A DNA stretch of 64,000 nt, taken from contig NC_135804.1 in assembly GCF_964213995.1 (NCBI RefSeq), positions 69,254,001-69,318,000 on the forward strand. The letters are read 5' to 3'. The notes below the pieces were generated by a model, which saw only the letters and a list, made by a program, of their open reading frames with translations, searched no databases and was not told the DNA's origin. The position numbers and the translations under genes are program-made. The DNA comes from Mustelus asterias (lineage: Eukaryota). Shown here in pieces: positions 36,401-47,760 of this stretch. Each line of letters opens with the position of its first letter. The first letter of the stretch is position 1.

Positions 36401-39400
36401 ATACTTGAAAATCTTAGCAGGTTGACAGCATCTGTAGAGAGAAAATAGAACGAAGTCCAGATCACCCTTCGTCAGAGCTTCGTCAGACCCCTTGTCAGCA
36501 TTTTGCAATAACAAAGGATCGAGTATGGAAGTAGCAAAGATCAAAGACCATTACAGCACAGAAACAGGTCCTTCGGCCTTCCAAGCTGAAATGTCAGCTT
36601 GTGAAAGAGAAAGACGGGCTGCCTGAACAGTATAAATAGATTTTTTAAATTCTGAATCGCCTGGTGGATAACTTTTTTTATTCTTAAGCAAAGAATAACG
36701 GGTGATCTCATTTCAAACCGCGTAAGAAGGATAGGCAACAGTGTTGCTCTCTGTTCTCGTTACCGATTCTACACTGAGATTAGAAATTTGAACTTTATTT
36801 GTAATATAAATGCCGTGGCACGTTTTCACCATGCTGCAGCTTGGTTTGCACAACAAGAAATGCAAATCTGCGAACCTTATTCTCACTATCTTTAGTAGCC
36901 GAAAAAGGCATGCCATTTTAGCTAATACAGATGGAAAGTTAAAACTGTATGAACTATTCAAATAGCTGGCAGAGTTTGCAAACGCTTCGACCATTTTTCT
37001 AATTTTACTTGTTTATACATAAAGTTGCGCTTTTACAGAAAAGGGGAAAAGTCAAGTCCAAATCCCCCACATGTTTAAAAGAGATTTATTTAATGTGATG
37101 TATCAATCATTCACCTGAACTTGAGAACACAAGTTCAGGATTGTTAACAAAATGTTCTTACCTCATCTGTACGCTGTGTAGTATTCATTGATTTTTTCCT
37201 TGCACCTGGTGAAATTCAAAAAGGATAACGTAAAAATAGGGGGCATATTTGCATTTGACCCGATGTCAATTAAGTAAAACGCAATTCATGCCAGCAAGCT
37301 ATCGTGATACGCTGATTTCGTAATATATCTCAAAATGTTCAAACCAAACGAATTTGTTTTGCTATCGCTTCTGTATTAAAGCTACGCAGGCAACATTGCA
37401 CTATTTAATCTACATTTTTATGGTTAGATCTTTATAATGCAGTTCGGAAAATGAAGCTGTGAGCATTATAATGACAGATACTCATGTAATACTTGAGTTT
37501 AAGCAACATGTAAGTGTGAAGGTATTTTTCCGTCAGTTAATTATGCGAATTATACCAATAAGCAGCTTTGCTCCCGCTTATAGTTACTCGAATCGGATAC
37601 TTTAAGATTTCGTCTGCGAGTAAATTATTTCCTGCAGTGTGAAAATTCTCATTCATACCTTTGCACTTCATGACTCCAATCGCTATCATTAGGGTCAAAA
37701 ATAGAATTGCAAGTACACCACGGAACCATCCACCGAGCATAAGAACGTTGATTTTAGAGGGATTAGCTATCAAAATTAGAAAATGTCATGTCAGCCATAT
37801 GTACACAGCTATCAATATCAAATGCATAATTTTCAATTACACTGTGAATTGAACATCATGATACAAAATATAAAACTTCGGTACATCATTTTAATTATCG
37901 ATATTTATGCAGCTGTTTTACGAATCGTTCGAAAAAACGTGGTTGAAAAATATAGATCATAGAATCCTAGAGTCGTAGAATCCCTACAGGGCCGAAGGAG
38001 GCCATTCATCCCATCGAGCCTGCACCGACAAAATTCCCACGCAGGCTCTATCCCCGCAACTCCACGTATTTACGCTTCTAAGGCCCCTGACACCAAGGCA
38101 CAATTCAGCATGGCCCACCTAACACACACATCTTTGGAGTATGGGAGGGAACCGGAGCAGCCGGAGGAAACCCGCGCTTTCGCAGGCAGAATGTGCAAAC
38201 TCCACACAGTCATCCGAAGCCCGAATTGAACCCGGGTCCCTCGCACTGTGAGACAGCAGTGCTTACCTCTGTGCAAGCCTGTTGGAGAAATAGCAGCAAT
38301 GTTGAATAAGGTGCCCATTGAATGGGCACATTCCCCTTCACGACTATACGAAATGCAATCGTTTTCAACTGATTGTGCCAACCAAAAAACAATTAAAATG
38401 TCGTTCCAAGTTTAATTGCACCACACGCAGAAAGGTTCCAAACAAATCGCTTGAGATCATCTTTCAAGGAAAGATTCATGACCGTGTATTTATTCATCTT
38501 ATCACAATTACCTGTGATCCTATTTTTAGTAGCATTACGAGTGAGTAACAACTTTATAAATGAGGAATCAAGTTGGCCTAGTTCGTATCTGCAGCATTAT
38601 GAAAAGATTCAATTGTTCGATTCCATAGCTCAGCGATCCATTATTTTTCAGTGCCCCGATTGAAAATCGATGCTGTATCGTTTTCTGAGTTGCAATGTTA
38701 TGCGGTTAATCTGATTTATGGGAGCAATACTGAAGACTCAAACTCATTATTGGTTAGGTTGCATGATGCAGTCGACAACATATCCTATTTTAAAACCAAA
38801 AGATTGGAAACCTTCGCCCAAAGAATACAATAAGATTCATCAATATATGAGCATCAAGCTACTCTAGTAATCACTTCCTATGCATCATCGTTTTTCATGC
38901 ATTTTTGTGAAGGGCGAAATACTAAACTATCATATTTCATATAAGATTACCTTCATCAAAAAACGAATAGCTGGCATTTGCTGGCATTGAGCTCGAAACG
39001 TGATATACTTGGCAGATGTAAACTGTGCCTTGTTCGATCGCCTGCTGTTTCAAGTTGCTGACAACTTCAAAAAGCCCCTCGGAATTTGCTTGTTGTTCAT
39101 TTTGAAATCCGCTGAGAATTTGAGCACCGTTTTTATGCCAGGTTAGGTTAAATCCTTTCGGATAAAAAGCCGCAGTTTTGCACTGGAGTCTAATAGTAGC
39201 AGATGAGATCTCTTCGGATGATATGGACATAATTTTCAGGGGAGCCGCTGGAGCTAAATTCAAGATAACAATACAGATAAATTGAAAAAGTGAGCTTCTG
39301 TTCTAAAAATTCGTAATTTTATTAATTACGTACAGCTTGTTCTTGGCAAGCAAGTTTCTTTAATAATCAGTATTTTTATATTGCTGCGTGGTGTTTTTAA

Positions 39401-41037
39401 TAGGTTTTCTCGGTCCCTCCACCCGTACGCTATTAAAGTACTACCAGCATGTTTAGCAAAATTGACTTGCATAACTTGTCCCTATTTATTTAAACCTATG
39501 TGTTACAGTCGGTATACTGCATTTAAGGATTTAGCGATTGGGAGAAGGGGGAGGGCCAGGGGGAGAGGAAAGGTGATAGCGGAGCGATATTATCGCTTGA
39601 CTACTAATCCAGAAAATCAACTAATATTCCGGGAACTGGCAAATGGTGGAATTTGAATTCCATTAACAATATCTGGAATTAAGAACCTACTGATCACCAT
39701 GAAACCATTGTCGATTGTCTGGGGAAAAACACGCATCTGGTTCAGTAATGTATTTTAAGGAACGAAATCTGCCGTCTTCTCGGTCTGGTCTACACGTGAC
39801 TCCAGATTCACAGCAATGTTGTTTACTCTGAACAAGGAAAACTAAGGATGGACGTTAAATGCTCGCCAGCCAGCGAAGCCCAAGTCCCACGAATAACTAA
39901 AAAATAAACAATTGTTGACACCAGCCATTCAGGAATAAACGTGGATGATAGAAGCTTGAAAGGCGCCTCCAAACGTTTGGATTGCGAGCCCCACTCTCTT
40001 ATAATTAGCGAAAGGGCATTGAAAATGCAAATATTGCGAGCGACTATAAAATTATTCATCCAGTTAGAACGTTCCCACATTGAAAACTAGTTTTACTTAT
40101 TAGTTTTGCTTGCGCTTTGCTTGGCAAACTTCAAGTCAAGTAGCATTTTTTTAAGATAGGGAGTTGATAAACTTTGCAGTGTCGTTGCTACTGCAGGTTT
40201 TCCACTTTGTTGAACATCTGTCCTTCTAATCAAGTGAATGTGCTTTCAGCGCTCTGCATTTATTTATTTTAATGGTCTATTAACCTTCGTTGATTGACTC
40301 CATCTACTAAGCATGACATATTTTCAACTTACCATATATGAGTACTTGCACCGCAATATCGTTCACAATCACCCGACGCTGAATTTTGACTGCACAGTGA
40401 TATGTTCCGGCATCCGGTATGTTGACATTCAGGAGTTGAAGGTACGCTCCACCTTTCATTATCTGGAAGCGTTTTCCGCTGTCCTCCTGCAGCAACCTCT
40501 TATTACCATCTTTCCACCAGAAAGCGGTTGCGTTTATAAAGTCGGTATGGAAAGGGAAAGGACATCGCAAGGTTACGTTTGTGCATCTGAGCGCCTTTAT
40601 TGGTTCAATTTCCGATGTGCCCATAGCAACTATAAACAAAAATGAACACACACATACTAAATCATACATATGCAATAAAAGTTGATGTATACTACGAAAA
40701 TAACATCACCCGTTCAGTCCACATATACCGTAACAATTTAATGTGCCTCACTGCTAGAATTATTCTCGAGTTCCAGCATTTGTATTTCGACTTGAGATTT
40801 CTAAATATGTTTTACTCACCCAGACCCTTCCGACCACTCGGAACACGCGGCATGGCAATAAACACAATTTTAACAAAAATAAAGACATTCACTTTTCCGC
40901 CAACTATGAGATCAACTTACTGTTGCGTCTGGTTCGCGAATAGTCATAGAAAACAAAATGAAAACATAAAATAGAAATCTACCTGGAAGGAAAATCGACA
41001 AAAAAACTTTGCCCCAAAGCGAACAACCCATGACCAT
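33370..41037 (-). CDS. Ig-superfamily type I membrane receptor, leader-V-C1-TM-ITIM tail (SIRP-like / V-C1 receptor), 7 coding exons; premature TAA in exon 6
   Basis: Exons 41037-40983, 40629-40333, 39253-38951, 37766-37659, 37205-37162, 33749-33639 and 33498-33370 are all bounded by GT-AG with matching phases (1,1,1,1,0,0). Products: 299 aa if stopping at the exon 6 TAA, 311 aa if exon 6 is skipped, 348 codons if the stop is repaired. Confidence 0.85.
33639..33749 (-). CDS. Exon 6, ITIM exon with internal stop (KELNSAEGKLMYAALYLTGSKRGEMPTQHR*HAVYTE)
   Basis: Acceptor attcctAG, donor GAG|GTAAAT, 111 nt, phase 0-0; ITIM LMYAAL; TAA at 33659-33657. Confidence 0.75.
34140..36170 (-). mobile_element. 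Old CR1 ORF2 in intron 5 of the receptor gene, with a GC-rich MITE-like insert at about 34524-34665
   Basis: ANVAPLLKKG, NYRAISLTS and [10 protein letters not shown]; the insert starts GGGCCGGAATTTT (Harbinger-like terminus). Confidence 0.8.
36172..36350 (+). mobile_element. SINE 3' half (same subfamily as 10957-11295)
   Basis: Near-identical to 11105-11295. Confidence 0.9.
37162..37205 (-). CDS. Exon 5, short juxtamembrane cytoplasmic exon (GARKKSMNTTQRTDE)
   Basis: Acceptor tttcaccAG, donor GAG|GTAAGA; 44 nt converts phase 1 to phase 0. Confidence 0.75.
37659..37766 (-). CDS. Exon 4, stalk plus transmembrane helix (NPSKINVLMLGGWFRGVLAILFLTLMIAIGVMKCK)
   Basis: Hydrophobic run followed by basic KCK; acceptor ttttgatAG, donor AAAG|GTATGA; 108 nt, phase 1-1. 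Confidence 0.85.
37950..38280 (-). mobile_element. HE1/V-SINE-type SINE in intron 3
   Basis: Reverse-complement SINE core and tail. Confidence 0.85.
38951..39253 (-). CDS. Exon 3, Ig C1-set domain
   Basis: LQCKTAAFYPKGFNLTWHKNG ... GLFEVVSNL ... YICQVYH, matching the C1-set CxxxxFYP / W / YxCxVxH pattern; acceptor aatttAG, donor GAAG|GTAATC; 303 nt. Confidence 0.92.
39570..39905 (+). mobile_element. Interspersed SINE-like repeat (Deu-type domain suspected)
   Basis: catgaaaccattgtcgattg...catctggttca.taatg...ggaa..aaatctgcc, shared with 2445-2580, 52520-52670 and 62560-62750. Confidence 0.6.
40333..40629 (-). CDS. Exon 2, Ig V-set domain
   Basis: NVTLRC ... FWWK ... LQLLNV..DAGTYHC motifs; acceptor tttgtttatAG, donor TATG|GTAAGT; 297 nt, phase 1-1. 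Confidence 0.92.
40983..41037 (-). CDS. Exon 1, leader peptide MVMGCSLWGKVFLSIFLP
   Basis: ATG at 41037; 55 nt ending CCAG|GTAGAT (phase 1), joining the V exon in frame to give ...FLPVAMG. Confidence 0.75.
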
Positions 41038-41039
41038 AT

Positions 41040-41510
41040 GGACGCAGAGACAATGATAGATAATACGCTGAGATTATATACCGAACACACGGATATCCGT
41101 CGGATGGGCGGCTCCGATTTGATTATAAACGACTACTGATCAGTGAGCAAATGACAAGATAATGCTGAGTGAAACAAATGCATATCTTTTCGAACAAGAT
41201 ATTCCGGCGTGAGCTGAAGTAGTAATGGGAAACAGAAGGCAACGATATCAAAACAGACTGGTGAGGGAGGGGCGTGGTGAATGGGACTGGTCCCGGGCGG
41301 TATCGATGAACAAATGGTAAATGACACGTCAAGTCCATGAATCGCCATTTTGTCAGCCACCATGGGGGAATAATATTGCAAGTCTTCACAATATCGGTTC
41401 CCCAAATATTTGTGTTGGGTTCACTGTGGGCCTACGTTGATCGTTTAAAGTGCCATTGGTCCGAACCGTCTGGTTGATTCAGGCAGCAAACAGGTGAGAA
41501 GTGAGTAGAG
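41040..41510. promoter_or_regulatory. Putative (possibly bidirectional) promoter upstream of the Ig receptor gene
   Basis: CpG-rich non-repeat DNA with minus-strand TATATAAT (41080-41073), GC boxes GGGCGG (41106) and GGGGCGTGG (about 41270), YY1-type CGCCATTTT (41343), and a plus-strand donor CAG|GTGAGA at 41493. Confidence 0.4.
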
Positions 41511-41959
41511 CCTGTCGGATAAATATTAATTATATTGCTTGATGCACAATCAGATTGTGGGAGATGAGGCAATTTCCCGGTAATGGAATATCTGTGGAAA
41601 TTTCCGAATGTGACTTCTAGTGGTTTTTGCTATTTTTCTGCGCGGAGTGTAGACTCGGGGTTTATTCAATTATGCGCGCAGTTGGAGGTGGGGCCGAGCT
41701 GGTGCTAGACCTCGCCAGTTAGCTTTTAAGCTGTCTTCATTTCCAACTGTAGGCCTGCAGCGTCAGTTTAAGACACTCTTCTCCAAGTATCCTACGAATG
41801 AGAATAAACCCGGGACAATATACAAATTGCTGGGTTAAAAATGAGATGTACACTTCTCACAAATCAATCAATTTAATACATTTTGCTGATACATTGTATT
41901 TTCCTCTGGAGAAATTCGAACACTATCACTAACAAGAAACTGATCTTAACATGGACTAT

Positions 41960-44900
41960 AGATATGAAAATCAGGTATCAGGTGAAAGTCACAGCCAACG
42001 ACACCAAAGTAGCATTTGACCGAGTGTCAAGGAGCTCTAACTTAACTGGCGTCAATGGGAATAAGAGGGAAAACGCTCCGCTGACTGGAAGCATACCGCA
42101 TACCTGGGACAACAAAGGATGTTTTTGGTGAATTTAGGTCAATTATCTCAGTTCCACGACAACACTGCAGGAGTTACTCAGTGTGATGTCCTGGACCCAA
42201 ACATCTTTAGCTGCTTCTTCGATGACCTTCCTTCCATCATAAGGCCGGAAGTGTGGATTTGTTTTCAGGTGACTGCTGAATATTGACAAGAATTTGCGAC
42301 TCATCAGATACTGAAGCAGTCTATAGAAAAAAATACAGCAAGGCCTGTACAATATTCAGGCATTAGCTGAAAACAACAGAAAAAGAACATTCACGCCACA
42401 CAAGTGCCGAGCATCTCCAAAAAGGGATTATCTAGCCTGTCAACGGTGCATGACGTTAACATCGCTGAGTCTTCCACTGTCAACATCCTGGGGGTTACTA
42501 TAGAATAGATTTTGAACTGGTCTAGCCACATACAAGAGTGCTTTGCATGGCAATTCAAAGGCTAGGTATCCTGCTGCGAGAAACTCTCTTCCTGGTTCCC
42601 CAATGCTTGCCCTTCATTTATAAGGCGCAGGTCTGGAGTGTGATGGAAGACACACCGCTTGTCTGAATGAGTGCATCCGCAACAACATTCAGTAAGTTCC
42701 ACATATTCAGGACAAAGCAGCTCGCTGGATTGCTGCACCCTCCGCATCATTTAATCCGTCTACCAGCGACGAATACTTGCAGCCTTGTGCAGCAACTGTA
42801 AAATGCACTGCACTACAAAATGAACGAATGTTCCTGAGGTTGTAGTGTCATCGAGAAGGCAAGAGCTGCAGATATATGCTGGAGCAGAAAAGTTCCAAGT
42901 GACTTTGGGAAAACACAAGAACTAAACAATGATCATCTGCAATGCAAAATAATCCAACCATTGATTCTTGACATTCAATGTTATTCCCCTCAGTGAAAAC
43001 CACACGAACAACATCCAAAGGGTTATCATTTGCCAGAAACTTAAGTAAACCATCCATATAAATAGTTGGCATGCACATGAAATCTGTAAAATAAAGGCGT
43101 TCATAATTTGAAGTCGTACCCAGCACAAAGTAATATGGTTGCGGTTGCAGGAGGTAAATAATCTAATCTCCTGGATATCACTGCAGAAATTCCGCAGGGC
43201 AATGCCCTCCGATGAACTGCTTCATCAATAAGCTGTCTTCCATCATCAAATAAGAAGTGGGATAGTTCTTTGATGTTTGCAAAAGATTCAAAATTATTCG
43301 AGGTGCTTCAGACTGTGAAGCAGCTAATGTCAAAACGGAACAGGTCCTGCACAATATCCAGGTTTGAGCAGACATCTGCCATTGGCAATACACAAGTACT
43401 AACCAATACCCAGCTACAATAAGCGATAATCTAACCATTGTGTATTGATATTCAATGTCATTTACTTCACCGAATTCCACAGAATCAACATCCTAGGGGT
43501 TACCATTTACGAAAAATTTAAGTAGACTTTCGTTTCAAATATTTTGGCTACAGAAACATTTAAGAGGCTAGGGATGCTGCAGCGAGTTACTCACATGCTG
43601 ACTTCCCAACGCCTGCCCACTATCAACAAGGCATAGTTTAGGAGTGTGATGGAATATCATTTATGACCTGGATGAATGAAGCTCAAATATTACTAAAGAA
43701 GCTCAGCACATTCAGAACCACATCCTGGAAGTTCCCCTCATCAGTCACTTTGCAGACTTGGAAATCTATTGCCATTCGGTCAAAATCCTGGATCTTTCAT
43801 CTCCCACAGACCCAACGGCGCTGTTGGTGCACCTGTAATTTAGGGACTGCAGCCTTGCAAGAGGCAGTTCACCACCACCTTTTGAAAGGCAACTAGGGAT
43901 GGTCAATAAATTTTGGCCTATCGATGTCCGCAAAGCATAAGTTAAGTTACAAACTGACCTATGGTCTTCAATGCGAGCACGAAATGTTGATGGATGCATG
44001 CTTCTCGACAACGCACTCCCAACCTCGGTCGTTGTGTACTTGAAACAACATTGATTGAAAATGCCCCAAATTGCATTGCTTATTGTTTTACCAGTTCCAT
44101 CAGCTCACCGTAATTTTGACACCAGTTAGTTCAGACACTCTTTGTACAAGGCTCAATTATGTGTTATAACGTAGGCAGTTGCATGAAATCTGGAAACTAA
44201 AAGTGTTCATTATTTGTAGTAATACCCAACACAAAGTAATATGGTTGCGGTTGCAAGAGGTCAGTCATCTAATTTCCAGAACATCACTGCAGGAATTCCG
44301 CAGGGCCGCGTTCACAGGTGAACTGCTTCATCAGTGACCTGTCTTCCGTCATAGGATAAGAAATGAGGAAGCTTTTTGATGTTTGCAAAAGGTTCAAAAT
44401 TATTCGTACTTGACTTTGAAGCACCTAATATCTAAACAGAACAGGCCCTGGACAATATCCAAGCTTGGGCAGCGAAGTGCCAGCTGACGTTGGCAATACC
44501 CAAGTGCGAAACAATGACTGGCTACACTAAGAAGTAATCTAACAATTGCGACTTCACGTTCAGAGTAATTTCCATCAGTGAATCTCACACTATCAAAATC
44601 CGAGAGGGTTACGATTTAATGGAAACTTAAGTAGACAATCCATATAATATTTTGGCTACAAGAACAGTTCAGAGGCTAGGGATGCTGCGGCGAGTTAATC
44701 GTCCGCTGAGTCCAGAACACCTGTCCGCCTCAAAAAGCCATACGTCATGTGATGGAGTATCTTCTATGGTCTGGATGAATGTAGCTCAAATATGGCTAAA
44801 TAAGCTCATCGGATTCAAAAACGAACTGCCGCTTAAATTGCATCGCGTCCACAAATATTCCATCCTTCTAACATGGACGACAGTGCAGCAATCTGTACCA

Positions 44901-45250
44901 TGCAAAAGATGCACTGCTGTAAATTCCCAGAGTCTCTGAGGCAGCACGTTCCAAGCTAATCACTGCTCCGATCTGGAAGGAAAAGGGAAGCAGGAATATG
45001 GAAACATCACCATCTGACAGTTTTCCTTCAAGTCACTCACCATCCTGACGTGGGACTACATCACCGTTCCTTCACTGTCGCTGGGTCAAAATCCAAAATC
45101 TCCCTCCATAACCGTACCGTGCCTGTAAATGCACCACATGGACTACAACAGTTCAATAAAGTCATTCAATCCCATATTCTGAAGGACAATAAAGATGGGC
45201 AATAAATCCTGGACTTGCCAATTACTCCCACATCGTGTGAACTTATTAAA
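41960..45250 (+). mobile_element. Three decayed RT/3' segments of an old non-CR1 LINE
   Basis: Recurring gcatttgaccgagtg, aactgcttcatca.tgacct, caacatcct.ggggttacca and gaggctagg.at.ctgc blocks. Confidence 0.7.
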
Positions 45251-45609
45251 AAGATTTATGAAGTTCAAAGAGCTCTTGAATAACTGGTAGATATAGCAAA
45301 TTTAAACTTCACAATACTTGTCCTGAATTTTGGATTAATGGCCTGGAGGCTAAAATAAAATAGTGTTTGTATTGATCGTAACTGGTGACGTTGTTTGTTG
45401 AAGTAATGTCGGAGAAAATCTGGTTATTGAGCGGTTTTGGTAGTCAATTGCTCAGGTGTTTTGGTAGCGTTCCTTCCGCCCTTCCGCCTTAATCCTGAAT
45501 ATTTCATGCACACATGAATATATCAATATGGCAGCATCACGCAGTCATATAAAATGTTAAAAAAAGTTATTGTTAATTAGCAATAATCTTGAGTCTGATT
45601 CAGCACTTT

Positions 45610-46420
45610 ATTTGATTTGGTTTGATTTGATTTGTTATTGGCATATGAACTGGGGTATAGTGAAGAGTTTTGTTTCTTGTGCCCTGTACAGGCAGAACAT
45701 ACCGTTCATAAAATACATAGCATAAAAAAGGAATAATAGGGGGCAGAATATATTGTTGCAGTTACAGGTAGGGTGAAGAGAAAGATCACCTTAATAAATG
45801 ATGGGCCATTCAAAAGTCTGATGATTCTGTTAATATGTGCTTTCAGACAGTTGTATCCATTTTACCGACGGAGTAGGTGAAAAAGTGATTATCTTTTGTG
45901 TGCGGCTTCTTTCCCGAGGCAGAGCGAAGTACGCAGGGAATCAATGGACAGGAAAATTGTTTGCGTTGTTGGCTAGGCTAGGGTCACAATCCTTTGTAGT
46001 TTCTTGCGGTCTTGGGCAGAGCAGAAGCCATAACAAGCAATGAAACAACCGGAAAGGATACTTTCTATGGTGCATCTGTAAAAATTGGTAAACGTCGTAG
46101 TGGAGCTACCAAATTTCCTTAAGCATATGAGAAAGTTGCTGAGCTTTCTTAAATATAACGTCGGCTGGAGGGACCAGGACATGTTGTTGATGAGCAGACC
46201 ACCTCGAAACCTGAAGCTCTCGACTATCACCGCTTCACCATCGCTGATGTCGGCATGGTATATCTTCCACTACTTTCCAGACGTCGATGACTAGCTCCTT
46301 CGTTTTTCTGACAGTGAGGGAAAGCGGAGAACAGCAAAGAGATATAGAATTTGGTGAAATGGTGCAACGACCATAACCTCGCCCTTAATGTCATTAAAAC
46401 GGTGGTAATCGACTTCAGAA
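45610..46420 (-). mobile_element. Rex1/Babar-type LINE 3' fragment (with an inverted piece at about 46250-46420)
   Basis: FYRCTIESILSGCFIACYG..SAQDRKKLQRIV; tail (atttg)n on the plus strand. Confidence 0.75.
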
Positions 46421-46689
46421 AAAGATAATAGCTAAGAAATCGACCTAAAGGAGTGACTTGAGGACAGTATTCAACTAAAATATCCAAGCTAAGTGAATGT
46501 CAGAGGTATATCGTGTTCGCAAAATAAGTTTACTTGGTTTAAATACTGCGTGTTGTAATTATCTGGACCATTTTGTTGTCTTCTTGAAGTTTCATGATTA
46601 GCGTGGTAATGCGATTTGTTTTTGCTGTGATGTCTGTCAAATTCACTACTTTCATGCATTTGCTTCATTATTTCACGTTATTTGGGGGA

Positions 46690-47760
46690 CACTTGCTAGT
46701 CTAAGTGAGGTTATCAATCCCTGATTGTCTTTTCAAACATGGTAGTGACACATTTTCTTATAATGCCGCAGTACATGTCCTGCAGTTGCACCTACAGCGC
46801 TGGCAGGAAGAGAGTTCCAGATTTATGACGGTACAACAGCTAGGGAATGGCAATGTTCCATGGTAGCATGGTGTGTGGTTTAGCGGGAAACGTTCAAGTA
46901 GAAGTTGTTGGAACTGGACTCATTCAGGCATGTTAAGGGTATTCCATCGCATTACCCTCCTGCATTGTTTGGTGCTGGTGTTGGACTACATTTGCAGAAT
47001 GACAAGGTGAGTTACTGGCGAAGTATCCGCAGCGTCTGACTTGCAACTGTAGCCAAGTAATTATATGGCTTGTTTCGTCAGTTTTCGGTAAATGGTATCT
47101 CTTAGGATGTTGGTAGTGGGGCGCAGTAAGTAAAGGTGAGATTGTTGGGTTATTTTTTGTCGGAGATGGACATTGCTTGGCACTGCTATGGTGCTCGAGT
47201 TCCTTGCAAGTAATCAGACTTAATCTAAAAGTTACCCGATAAATTTTGCACATGGACACGAATAGCTTCAGTATCCGAATAGTTGATGGTGCGGGAATCG
47301 TGCTGAGCTGCCGCAATCAGCGGAGAATGTTTGAACAACTGACTTAAATTGGAGGAAACATCATTGATGAAACGTCTGAAGATGGTTGGGCCCAGAACGG
47401 AACACTGCCACCTCCCGCAACTCCAGCCAGCTAACGTTCTGTTGGATGTGAGCGTGACAATCAACCCCACCCTCCAATTCCCAACCCCCAATTCCTCTTA
47501 ACTCAGTTTAGGTGGGGCTATTGATAATACATTCGCAGAAATGATGCCCTGGTGTCAAAGGCATTCACTTTCACCGCGTGTCTCGAATGTATCTATTATA
47601 TCCATACGCATAGCAAGTCTGTAATGAGGTAAGGATCTGAATGTTTCTGGTGGGAAACAAAATGGACACCAGCGATCTGGTTATTGCCATCAAAGTGCTG
47701 CTCGATCGCATTGTCGAGCAAATCTCCCATTTCTTTGTTGATGATCTGGACTAGAAAATA
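46690..47760 (-). mobile_element. Old non-CR1 LINE fragment
   Basis: Reverse complement of the motifs in 41960-45250 (SVLGPTIFRRFIND). Confidence 0.6.

Noticed and set aside
36713-36994. Extra cytoplasmic exon candidates in intron 5
   Set aside because: No convincing acceptor/donor pair or signalling motif; exon 5 already joins exon 6 or 7 in frame.
40393-40399. CACAGTG heptamer at the end of the V domain, suggesting a recombination signal
   Set aside because: It is the antisense of the YHCAV codons, has no nonamer at 12 or 23 bp, and the exon continues to a normal splice donor; not a rearranging V segment.
41356-41373. Perfect Kozak GCCACCATGG on the plus strand
   Set aside because: Reads ATG GGG GAA TAA (3 codons); at most a uORF, and it adjoins a YY1-like motif.
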